A stretch of 21,714 nt of DNA from Ancylonema sp. (Eukaryota), in assembly GCA_050230475.1 (NCBI GenBank), contig JBFLGF010000055.1:62001-83714 (forward strand). Reading direction: 5' to 3'. Positions within the stretch are counted from its first letter, which is position 1. Each line of letters begins with the position of its first letter. Of this stretch, positions 1 through 15,165 are shown one piece after another. Made by a program: the position numbers and the translations under genes. The notes under the pieces are model-generated. The model was not told the origin of the DNA. It saw only the letters and a list, made by a program, of their open reading frames with translations, and made no database searches.

Positions 1-595
1 AGNAACCGTCTTTGAAGCACACGTTCATATTCTTCCGAGTCGGAAACGTGATTTTGTGTGTTTCTTTGCGTCGTGCCATCTAGCTTTCACGAAGCTTCCC
101 TACAACAGCCGGCCACGGTCCCTAGCAATGTCAAACTCGTCTTCTTCGCTTCGAGAGAAAAGTATGCGGTAGACGGTAGTGTAGGCCCTGTCGTGTGAAG
201 AAAACTGTGGTTCTACCCGTATTCTGCACAGTTTGATTGATTTTAGAATTCGGCGAGGAGGAATATTCAGTGAGGCCAAGCTTTAAGAGTCCAGGTAAGT
301 TACGTTACATTATTTCATGGTGAAGCAGAAAGGTCATGGAATCCGTCCATCGCAAACCATGAGAATAACCGTACTTGTGATATTCATAGCAAATATATAG
401 AGCGCTGAGATATGGAGACAGCCAAAATTACGATTGTTTCAAAAAAATCTTGGCCTTTTTTTCCGTACGGTATTCGTGGGTGGAAATACGTCTACACACC
501 GCTACGTCGTTGAAATGCCCCACAATCAGCCCTTTCCTCTCCACCTCCATCTTGCCTCGCAGACTTCAGCGCCGTCCTTAAGAGTGCCTCGCGGA

Positions 596-1288
596 ATGGC
601 AGGAGGAGCAAACTTTTTCAGTCGAGTGGTTCAATACGTGGCCAATGAATTACTTGTAGACCGACTTGCCAATAATCCTTCGTTTCAGCGGTTCGCAGTC
701 CGCTCGTCGAAGGCCATCGAGGAGCTTGCTCAGACAGGTGATCAATGATTTTCCTGTCCGAAAAAGCGACAATGGCAAGCTTTGACATGCAGAGCATGCC
801 AGGGTTACGAAGAGAGAGAGAAGAAGAAAAATCGGAAAAGAAGAAAAGGAATCGGAAATCGCATACTCTACCAAGCTGTAGTAGACTCGTGGTGCATGCA
901 GATATCGATTTTTTTGGATCGTTGGGTTCACATCCTTCTGTCACGGTGTAAACACTCATGTTTTCTTGTAACACATGAGCTCACTTTGACTTCCGGAGGA
1001 TTCTGGTCGACACCACCCAAAACTTTACGTGGTGTGTCTATCGTGCTGCCTGTGGATGTTCCAGGGGCGCAGAGCCGGGAACAGCTTATGAAGCAGATGA
1101 AGGAGCTCTCTGAGAATGTACAGGAGGAGGTGAGGCTCAGGCTTTTGCCACATTGACTCTCCAATGGAGTGTTATTCTATGGACGTGAATATGCACGCAT
1201 GGGTTCTGGCCGCGTACAAATGCAGATACGTATGGTTTACTCATCTGCAAACACCACTTTGTAGCTGCTCAGACCAGATAACAAATAA
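596..1288 (+). CDS. Small (~76 aa) NCBP2AS2-like / plant At5g01350-like protein, 3 exons: 596-737, 1065-1129, 1265-1288 (last exon tentative)
   Basis: ATG at 596 begins MAGGANFFSRVVQYVANELLVDRLANNPSFQRFAVRSSKAIEELAQT, which matches my recollection of the family motif (ELxVxxLANSxxFQRFAVRT). Phase-1 donor G|GTGATC at 737/738 joins acceptor TTCCAG| at 1064 to give GAQSREQLMKQMKELSENVQEE. Phase-0 donor GTGAGG at 1130 joins acceptor CTTTGTAG| at 1264 to give LLRPDNK-stop. An alternative last exon could start at 1478. Confidence 0.75.
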
Positions 1289-2378
1289 GTATGTCGACGT
1301 GGAAGCTAATGGAGCAGGTACAAAGTACATGAATTGGCGATTAGAACAGACAGAAGCATTAGCAGCGTACACGCAAACTCGCAGTACCCGTGCACTGATG
1401 TATGTTGCTGCCCGGCTTCCGATATTCCTCTCGATCGCCTCTGTTGCTCACTGCCCTGCCAAGATCCTTGTGTCCAGGCTCTTCAGAAACTAAGTGCTGT
1501 ATTTGTTCATTTGTGTCGTTATCCGGGGAGACAAATTCATTGCATTCAAGTCATTTGACGCAGGGCACCCACGTGTGACCATCACGTGAAGAGTTTGTGC
1601 ATGAGTGGCACTGTCGTATGCTGTTGCATCTCATGTCCGTAGCTTGTGTGGGTCCGTAACTCGATTCCTGAACGGAAGTCTTTGGGAGGTGGATGACTGG
1701 TAACAAACACATTGCAACATTGCAACATTGCACCAAACCAAAGCTGAGTCAGACAGCATCGAACCTCAAATGAGGTGGTAGCGTCACCACGGTATGATGA
1801 CAAAGAGTCCCTGGAATCTAAGTAAGGTCGAAACTGGCTGCAGGGCCTGACGACTTCCGTATTATTTGTGAAAGGGTGACAACGAGGTTGTGATTGGTTG
1901 TTGTTTTGAATGTGGAATGCAGGTTTCACGGAATATGAAGGACTCAAAAAAGCGATGATGATTCTATTTGTCTCAAATTTTCGGTATGAAGCTTAGGGAC
2001 TTCAATGTGTCCATTGTACATATCACAGCCAGGCTAGAACGCAAGCTTTTATGTAGACAGGGATCGGATTCGTAGTCTCAGTTGTGACAGAAAATGCTGC
2101 CTTGAGCTTTTAGTTTGGATGTTTGAGTTGATCATTATCAGGAGATGAGAAAGCATGCTGCGTGCAGCAAGTAGCATGCAAGCAGCATGCGAGTAGCGTG
2201 CAGCCCGAGTTCATTTTCCAACCAGAACGGCCAAGGTGTGATGGATGGTGTCACAAACTTTGGTGTGACCACGCATCCTTGTGTTTCACTGAGATGTGGC
2301 ACTTCGATGAGTCATGCAGTTTTGTGTGAGGGAGGTGTGGACACAATTGCTCGCAATGTTGTGTGATGCGGGATAATT

Positions 2379-2427
2379 ATTCAGGAGCATCCATAATTCG
2401 GGAGCATCCATGATTCGGGAGCATCCA
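2379..2427. repeat. 3 x 17-bp tandem repeat ATTCRGGAGCATCCA(TA/TG)
   Basis: Copies start at 2379, 2396 and 2413. Confidence 0.85.
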
Positions 2428-3039
2428 ACACAAAAAGAGGTTGATAAGAATGGTTGTGGAATTTAGAATTCAGAATTGGCTCCAATTGTATCTATCACAT
2501 TCGCCCCATTTAAATTGTTCTTTTTGGGAATTGTACTTGGGGTTTATCTGGGGTTTTTCCAAAAATTTCGGGTGTAACCAACCAGTGAGGGGATATTTCA
2601 ATGATGTCGAAAAAGAGGGTGGTTACTTAAATCTGATACCAAAGGCGGAAAGTTTGAGTAGCGATGGATGATCGATAATTCGATCATGTTACTTTGGGGA
2701 AACATGTTGTGGCATCACTGGTCTATGTAAATAACATGACTAAATGTGACCAAAACAGATGACCGATTTTCACAGCATTATGGGAAGATCATAGCATTTA
2801 TATACGTGTGTATCACAAAATTACACATCCACATCACGTGCTCTACAACTTATTACACATGTCTCCCAGCCAACAAACCAAAGTATTGGTGCGTTGCAAT
2901 TGTATTTGACTGCATGCACACACACACATACTTCATACACTATTGTTAAAATAACAACACATCGATGTGCTAAAGAACCTCCATATTGGAATCTAGACTG
3001 AATGTTGCGCGTCAACCGTCCCTTTGACTATGGTATTAG

Positions 3040-5101
3040 TCACAAGTTTGGTTGTGCTGTAAGTCGAATGTACGGCTTTCCAGAAGGGAGCTCTTTCGTC
3101 TCAAAACCCGTGGGAAATTTCTGCAATGCTTCTTCATTTGAGAGGCTCGGGACCACCATACATTTGTCGCCATTTTGCCAATTCGCTGGGGTTGCCACTT
3201 TGTAATTGGCCGTGAGTTGGAGGGAATCAATCACTCGCAAAACCTGAAGCGAAGGACAACATGGACATTATGTTGGTAATGAAGATAATCACAAGCATCA
3301 CCAAAGGTCAAGTTTAGTTCAAGTTTAGGTCAAGTTAAGGTCAAGGTCCTACGAGCCAACAATGTGGGCTGAAACTCTGAGATATTTTCTGCACTCGACG
3401 CCGCATTTCCGATCAGCAATTGTCTGAACTTTTTTTCATCACAAATTCCATGCCGAATAAATGGCATTCGTCACTTCCATGTTGCGCACTCAGTCCCGCC
3501 TTCTTCTCCTCCTCCTCCACTACCCACCGCTGTCGACTTCGCCATACCCCGTTACGTTCCTCACCTCATTGAAATTCCTCCCAGTGGTGGCCGGGTAGAG
3601 AATGGAGAGGGCGAGCTTCTTCTGAGGGTTGATCACAAACACTGCGCGAGCTGCGAGTGGGATCCCCGCTTTGTCTTTGGCTTCCGGGTCGAGCATCCCC
3701 CAAGTCACTGCCAACGTGCGGTCCGGATCGGCGATGATGGGGTACTTGACTTTCGCTCCAGGAGTGTATGCTTCGATATCGACTACCCACGCCTTGTGCA
3801 TGTCAACCTGCAGAAAACCAATTCAAAATGAGAATGTGCTAATTGTTATTACAAACTTTATTTGTATTCATTATTCTGTTTTTTTGGGGTTAGTTTTTTT
3901 TTTCTTCACAATCCCATTCGTGATTTTCTTCCTTCCCCGACACTTGAGTTTCTAGTCGCATGGATTTAGGAGTTTCTAGTGCGCTAAGATTGGTACAAAT
4001 CCTGTGAAAGTGTGAGCACAGAAGTGCCACAATTCTGGGGGTTCAAAGTAAGGACAAGCAGTCGTGGAGTAGACAGAAATGGCAAAATTGAAATACATTA
4101 ATTTAATTCGCATTCCGCATTCCACCCCTGTCGACGACATCGCATTCGGCGTTGATGTGAACAGAGATAGGCAATCAGACAGTCGCGATGCGGGTATGGG
4201 CGGATGGAAGCAGCGAGCATTGAAGGAAAATCACTCACAGGGTTGCAGCTGAGAGCAAGAACCTTCACTCCTCGCTTCTCAAACTCTGCGATGGATTTGC
4301 CCACAACTCCGAGCTCTACCCGATGACAATGACAATGGTTTACCGTTAGTGCTAAGCATGCCAAATCAGCAATATTCCATGCGTTGTGCTGTGGTACGTC
4401 TCCACTTCGGTCGAGCATCGACCTCAGGAAAGCGGAGAGACAAAATCTAACGTCATCATGGATTCACCTGTGCGAATTGTCTGTCACCGAACACGGCGGT
4501 CAGGGCTACTGGAAATGTTGATTATCCATAGCCACAAGTAACTCCTATCCGAACATGTTTGCGATTTGACATAAAATTAGGCAGGCAAGTCCAAACAGAG
4601 AGGTACTTCCGTTGTACAATGCAGTCGCCAAGAAGTCTATTGTGCTTAGAACGACGACAGAGCGAAGCACTGGTTCCCATCTGAGTAAACTGTATGAAAA
4701 GAGGTTGTATCGGCAGCGTGTATCACCTGTCGTACAAACGGGTGTGAAATCAGCCGGATGGGAGAACTGAAATCCCAGAGACAGCAGATGACAACGAGCG
4801 ATAAGTGAAGGAGCAGAGAGCTCAAAAGCCCTCGATAACAAATACATACTGCACGATTCTAATGCGAAGAAAAAATTCCTCCTCCACAATTTAAATTTCA
4901 TTGGCAGTCTGGGCTCCCGAAGGCTGCCGAGTATATTTGTGACGCTAGTAACGAAGTGGTGAGGTGTAAAAAAACCGAGACTGGAATGTATCAACCTCTT
5001 ACCAAAATGGCCCATGAGCCATCGATGTAGTCGTGGAAATGAATATCTCCCTCTGTGGACTGGGCCGTAAAATCGGGCACAATATCGCCTAGGTGAATCA
5101 T
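3040..5101 (-). CDS. PER1: 1-Cys peroxiredoxin (Prx6/PER1 family), ~220 aa, 5 exons: 5101-5003, 4766-4727, 4315-4239, 3807-3565, 3243-3040
   Basis: The spliced product reads MIHLGDIVPDFTAQSTEGDIHFHDYIDGSWAIL-FSHPADFTPVCTT-ELGVVGKSIAEFEKRGVKVLALSCNP-VDMHKAW...YPIIADPDR...ARAVFVI...LYPATTGRNFNE-VLRVIDSLQL...TPANWQNGD...LPSGKPYIRLT. It has the PVCTTE active site, all introns are GT-AG with consistent phases, and the total is 663 nt. Confidence 0.96.
3304..3346. repeat. 4 x 11-bp degenerate tandem repeat (WAGGTCAAGTT) in the last peroxiredoxin intron
   Basis: AAGGTCAAGTT TAGTTCAAGTT TAGGTCAAGTT AAGGTCAAGG. Confidence 0.8.
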
Positions 5102-5669
5102 TGTGATGGAATGACGCCAAAACAAGATGGCAGGTAGGTTTGTAACAACTGCCTGTGGCTGCCTGCAGCTGGTAACTTCTGTGTCAGAGGTGGTCGCGAC
5201 TTAGATTCGTGGCTTTCACAACTTCTGACTAGAGGGTCCCTCGTCGTTATACCTTCAAAATAACCCCCATGATATGGACACTGAATGTGGACACTCAGAA
5301 CTTGGGTCTACGTGCGAAATTACGTGCGGACTTCAAACCACCAATAAAAAGGGGGATAGGATGCCTCTTTAGTCGGTTGAAATTGCATCCAAACGTCTTA
5401 CTCTGGCCGTTCAATATTTGCGAGGAGGATAACTTAATTCCGTACCATCGTCGTCGTCATCGGCAACGCAATCGCGCTGTCGCAGATGACTTTTTGTCGA
5501 TTGATAATTCGCTTCTTCAGACCGTCTGTGATTCGTCCCTAAATTTACAAGCTTTATAATTCGTTCCAAAGATCTGGTATAGCGGAACCGTCATCGTGGC
5601 ACTGCCTAGACACAAGGCGTACAATCGGCGAATGGAAGTTCGCCACGACAAACCGAGCGTCTGCTATAT

Positions 5670-5679
5670 GACACGTGGC
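5670..5679 (-). promoter_or_regulatory. ABRE/G-box (GACACGTGGC) about 570 bp upstream of the 1-Cys Prx start
   Basis: Exact Em1a-type ABRE sequence. Two further TACGTGCG cores lie at 5309-5316 and 5321-5328, and a TATAA sits on the minus strand at 5251-5247. Plant 1-Cys Prx genes are known to be ABA/desiccation regulated. Function here is inferred. Confidence 0.45.
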
Positions 5680-6315
5680 GGACGTTGACAAAGTGTAAGA
5701 TCCGTAGTGAATCAGGTCAGTGCGACAGCTGCTGAGAAGCGAATAGAGGACAGAATCTGAGAAGGGGGTGTCTGGAAAATGAATGCTAGATACAGATTTA
5801 CTTGCGTGTCTTCAATCCACCCGCTTCTCGTCCTCCAAGAAGCGAAGAATACCGAAGCGTAGAATACAAAGTAAGGGCCATCTTGTTTCGACTCATTGGC
5901 TGAACGACAGCTCGACGTGGGGTAAAATAAAAACCGAGGAAGAAAAAAGGCAAAACCGTTCCACAGCATTGACTATCAATTATTTTTTGCACTCGCGTAG
6001 TGCAGCGGTCACGCAAAAGGAAGCTCACCTAAAAACAAGGTCCTCGTTCCTGAAAGCAGAAGTGGCAGTTAGTTGCGTGATTGAGTGCACGTCACCACCC
6101 GTGTAGATTGGTCGGCATGTTCTTGCTACACGCATCATTTAAAGCCGCTCCAGTGACATCAAAATTCTGTATCCGTTCAAGGACGACGCGTTGCCAATTT
6201 CCAGTATCGGCCTGCGCAGCTGGATTACACGATATTCCCAGCAAAGAGGGACGGAAGAAGGCTGTCCTTGCATTGCCGTGTGAAGGCTGGGATACGGGTC
6301 AATATTGCATCATTT

Positions 6316-6341
6316 ATGGGCGAAGGAAGTCTAGAAATGAG
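6316..6341 (+). CDS. Candidate first coding exon of the Ca2+-ATPase (MGEGSLEM-R)
   Basis: ATG at 6316 is followed by a consensus donor AG|GTAAGT at 6341/6342. MGEGS resembles the MGKGx start of plant ECA proteins. The donor is phase 2, which fits weak acceptors at 6989 or 7010 but not the better phase-0 acceptor at 7050. Confidence 0.3.
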
Positions 6342-7050
6342 GTAAGTGTCGCTCATGGTACAATTTTTGTGAACAAACAGCAGTCCAAAATCTCCGTGCT
6401 TAGCACGCCTGGACAACCTTCGTTTCTCCGACTTTAGCCGTGACTAGCTCCGTATCACAATGCTTGTTAAATACAGTAGAGTGCGTCAGCTATAATGATT
6501 TGATATCGTAAAGCCATGCCTAGATCAGTGCATCACATTTTGCCATCTTTTGAGTGTCAGGGCCGTGTAGGATGGGGTGGGATGGTATAAGATGGGATAG
6601 GATGGTCGGCATGCCAAACACAAGACTAATAGCTGTCCTCTGAGTGCCCCATTTCACCTGATGCCATGTCATCGATTTCTGTTCGAAGGACCGCTGGAGG
6701 GTGAAGGTAGAGAGACCAGGAGGAGCCCGGACAGAAGTTGTGGAACCTCTTGGCAGTGTGCAGCAGGTGGGCGGGTACGGACGGGTACGGTTAGGGACAG
6801 TGACTCGCATTCCGCACCAGTGGTCGGCAGGAGAACGGTCTTGGTTCGAAGGTCGACTCCCGTTGTCCACCTCATCATTTCATCATTTCATCTCAATCTC
6901 GCCCGTACACCGTCACACATTCGTTCACTGCCTACCATCAAGAACTCATTTCTGCATGAATAACAAAAGAGTTGGAAAAAATTAACCAGGAATCAATTTT
7001 GGGGTACCAGAAACTGTGTGCTGACTCACCATCCGTTTCGAGCCTCTCAG

Positions 7051-11987
<4,937 letters not shown>

Positions 11988-12529
11988 AGGGGATGCACTT
12001 GTCTCTCATGCTTCAAGATTTACACTCTTCACAAGTCTCAAGCACAAAGTCGCCTCTCATGCTTTTCAAATTGTACTTTCAACAATCTTTGATGCACAGA
12101 CTTGCCCAGAGTGTTGGAGTCATAGGGGCATACGAGAAATGCATTGTGCAAGCTGCATGATCAGCCTTGGAATTAGTTGCCTAATGGGGTTGTGACACAT
12201 CAAGGACATTATTGTATGTCTCTATCCCCGTGGTAAAAAAATCGCATCGTTACAACTTTGCCGGGACTGCGAGTATTGCCGATTGCCATATCCCCCCACA
12301 AGTGAACATGGTTGAGTGACAAAAGTGTAGATGATGAAGCTTGACGTTTTGCATTTTGTCTCCGCTCTATTTTCGTCAAATGATTTGCATATTACTTAGC
12401 CAGAGCTCAAATGAAGCTTCAATTCTTTGAATGTCAAAATGCTAGCCCTCTTGTTGATGTCACATGCAAAATATTTCACATACTACGAATGCGCATATAG
12501 ATATGACTTAGCACACACGAACTTATCGC

Positions 12530-12561
12530 ACGTCACTTATGACGCGCGTCATAAGTGATGT
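12530..12561. repeat. Perfect 26-bp palindrome (12533-12558), extendable to 32 bp with one G-T pair
   Basis: TCACTTATGACGC is immediately followed by its reverse complement GCGTCATAAGTGA. Confidence 0.9.
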
Positions 12562-13007
12562 ACCTGAATTAAATAGAGATGCATTAGAGTGTTGCAAAGC
12601 AATGCATGTATTCCCTCTACCCAAATGTGTTCCTTGTGTCCACTTTCGGTGAGAAATACATTTATACATTATAATCACTGTGTCATCCCAAGCGAGATTA
12701 GGGACGCAAACTACGGTCCAAGAGCCTTCAAAAAATTTGCGAGCCATGAATGAAGGTGGTAATAGGGCAGATGAATTATCTTCGACAATTTGAATCGCAC
12801 AACGCTGATCAGGTTCCAAGCACTTTTTTTTTGCACAAATATATTGGAAGGGTTTTGTACCTTCGAACATGATGTCAATTGATCGAATACAAGGGATAAT
12901 GTGAAGCACCCTCGACTTCAACCTCAATCCAGCAAAAATTGTTTGCTTCTAGTGCCCCTATGTGTGCAATTGATTTCATGGTCAGAGTCAGGAGGACCAT
13001 AAATACT

Positions 13008-14097
13008 CTACTTGGACGAAAAAAGTTTCCAATCTGTGTACAGATAGGCACGCGTCCATCCTATAGCGGCAAGTAAGACTTTGTTCGTTGGAAGCCCTGC
13101 ACCATCCAGTGCCTCCTTCATCTTGGCAAAGGGCTCGTTTTCAAAGACCCCGGCATAAGTCGCGAAGTGCTCCTTCATAACCTGTTCAAGAAACAGGAGT
13201 GGAGATGCGAGTAAGTATGACATGTTTCACAAGGCACAAGGGCTGCCACACGCAGAATCAAGTTGCGTACGTCCACTTAGTACGGTGCAAGAAAGCAAAT
13301 GTAGGCAATTGTTGTATTCAGACGGAAAACGGGCATAATAAGTCGAAAGAATCAGTATGGGAGCTCTTAGCTCGGCAACTCAGGTCATCTTCTTCGTGTG
13401 CTGTGTGTCAGCAACAGCAGAACTCTAATCAGACATGGCCTGCAGTGCCCTCGCGCGGTACCAAAAATACCTCAGTGCAGATATCAGCAATCTTGGCGGA
13501 ATTCTCATCTTCTCCTTGTGATTTTAGAATGTCTTCCCGAAACTTAGCAGCTTCCTGCGGCAAGCATGGAGGCTATATCCAATCAGTCACCAGCTTCAAC
13601 AATGTGAAATTCGAATATGTGCCATGAGCTGCTGTTCCTTTCAGAGTCGCGCCATCACAAAGTCGGTTGAATTCGGAACGCCATTTTGACCAGTGGCACG
13701 CGCAAAAATCAGCAAAATGACTTCATCGCATAAAGGAGAAAAGAGTAAGGGGCTGCCATATTTCTATGGTTTATCTCATGGCAGTTCATAATCAGGAAAC
13801 AGGCAGCTAGCTACATTGTATCTTAGATACTAAGATACAGTCCACCGAGCTCCCAGCACCAGTCACCTGCTCAACGAACTCAGCACTCAGTGCAGTAATC
13901 GCTACCGGAGCCGCAGATGATCGGTTTATACTTTGCAAACGTCGTCCATGTCTCAAGACTGAGGCCTTCAAGATTGGTGCACTTTGCAACCGTGAGGTAC
14001 AATCAAATGCGGTGTGTATTCTGTAATTAGCTACAAGTGCCGGACCGCCTGTCCGTGAAATGAGCGGAAGGTGCAGGTGCCCAAGAGTTGTGGCCAT
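13008..14097 (-). CDS. PRIN2: PRIN2-like (PLASTID REDOX INSENSITIVE 2) plastid-targeted protein, ~162 aa, 3 exons: 14097-13867, 13554-13471, 13181-13008
   Basis: The N-terminus is S/T/R/A-rich and transit-peptide-like (MATTLGHL...SSAAPVAITA). The spliced mature part SAEFVEQ-EAAKFREDILKSQGEDENSAKIADICTE-VMKEHFATYAGVFENEPFAKMKEALDGAGLPTNKVLLAAIGWTRAYLYTDWKLF aligns by eye to remembered PRIN2 motifs (PEFAEAETxKFR, VCTE, YGG, EPFxDM, LPG, WAQxYxDxDW). Both introns are phase-0 GT-AG. Confidence 0.78.
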
Positions 14098-14578
14098 TTT
14101 GGGAAAGCACAGTAGCTGCGAAAAGATTGGTACCTGCTTTTCTGTGTGCAGCACTAGCTTCTTCAGCAGGGAGCGTGAAGGTCGCCCAGCAATGGCAGCT
14201 CTAGAGATGACATGGCAGTTTATCTTGAATATGTGGAGGCAGTATGCTTGGACACTGGACACTGCATGGTCACGCAGATGGAGTATGCTGACGTGTACGT
14301 GACCACGTTGGACAACAGATTGCTTTAAATCACAGCCTGTAATTTTAGCGATCTGCATTTGTTTTAACATCAAATTTACCACGTTTTATACGTTGTTAAA
14401 TGTGTCGTTGACAAGAAGTGGTGAGTTATAAGATATTGTAAGTATAAATACGGTTATTCTCTGTACGTTTTGTACCTTCAACCAGATGGACCAGCGAGTT
14501 CTTGAAAAAGCTTTTATATCAAGAAAAATTATCAGTTGTGACGTGTTCTTTAATCCTGATGTAACGTAGCGGGCTCGA

Positions 14579-14617
14579 GAAGGTAAGAGGTATATTTGGA
14601 AGGTAAGAGGTATATTT
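14579..14617. repeat. 2 x 19-bp direct repeat (period 20) GAAGGTAAGAGGTATATTT in the divergent intergenic region
   Basis: Copies at 14579-14597 and 14599-14617. Confidence 0.85.
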
Positions 14618-15165
14618 TTAAAACGATAAATACTTCGTCCATTCTTGATCGCTGGTTCCACGTCAAAGTCCACCTGTGCAACGGGAGGTTTTATGAGGGT
14701 TTTTAGCTGCCTTATCGGGAAACAAGTGTAATATGCACGTTCTTCCTTACTGCCATCCAAATGCGAGACGCAACCAACCCTTGGTAAACCGCGAGAGAAA
14801 CATCTTGCAGAACGGCTGAGGAAGTTCGCGAGGCTTCTATTGCTACAACGGGCTACAGGTTCAAAGGTGTGCCGCCATTTGTGCGCTTTCTTCGCACCAA
14901 AAGTCAGTCCCGTTTCTCTCATCTCCCCTAATCGCCGACATCTTGTGATTTCCCGATCAGTTTTTTACCGGCATAAATGTGCACCAGGTTTTGACAGGAG
15001 TTTCGACCCTCATAAATATTTTTGATAAACAGCTTCCTTACCTTGTTCGCATATATCAAAGGTGCACAGCCATATTTGGCTGAGGCGCTTGCTTGAGTGG
15101 CACTATCACCAACCCGCTCGCAATCGTTTGACGTCAGTAATCCACGTCATTCCGCTCTATCGCAG

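Noticed and set aside
1..430. Possible gene fragment at the window start, including a consensus donor CAG|GTAAGT at 294/295
   Set aside because: No recognisable protein in any frame and no supported exon partner; it cannot be called from this window.
1794..1850. Possible C/D box snoRNA (ATGATGA ... CTGA)
   Set aside because: It is short, has no convincing terminal stem, and I recognise no rRNA/snRNA antisense element. A snoscan/Infernal run would be needed.
2379..2427. Direct repeats as a mini-CRISPR array
   Set aside because: The repeats are 17 bp and contiguous with no spacers, there are no cas genes, and the context is eukaryotic.
4545..5120. 191-aa minus-strand ORF
   Set aside because: It is a read-through of peroxiredoxin introns; only FSHPADFTPVCTT is coding in that frame, and the true start exon is in another frame.
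5269..6985. Several 70-120 aa ORFs in the Prx-ECA intergenic region
   Set aside because: No recognisable motifs, they overlap in multiple frames, and they are consistent with chance.
14386..14922. 178-aa minus-strand ORF upstream of the PRIN2-like gene (also 12523-12927)
   Set aside because: No recognisable domain or coding-like composition; it lies in probable promoter/UTR sequence.
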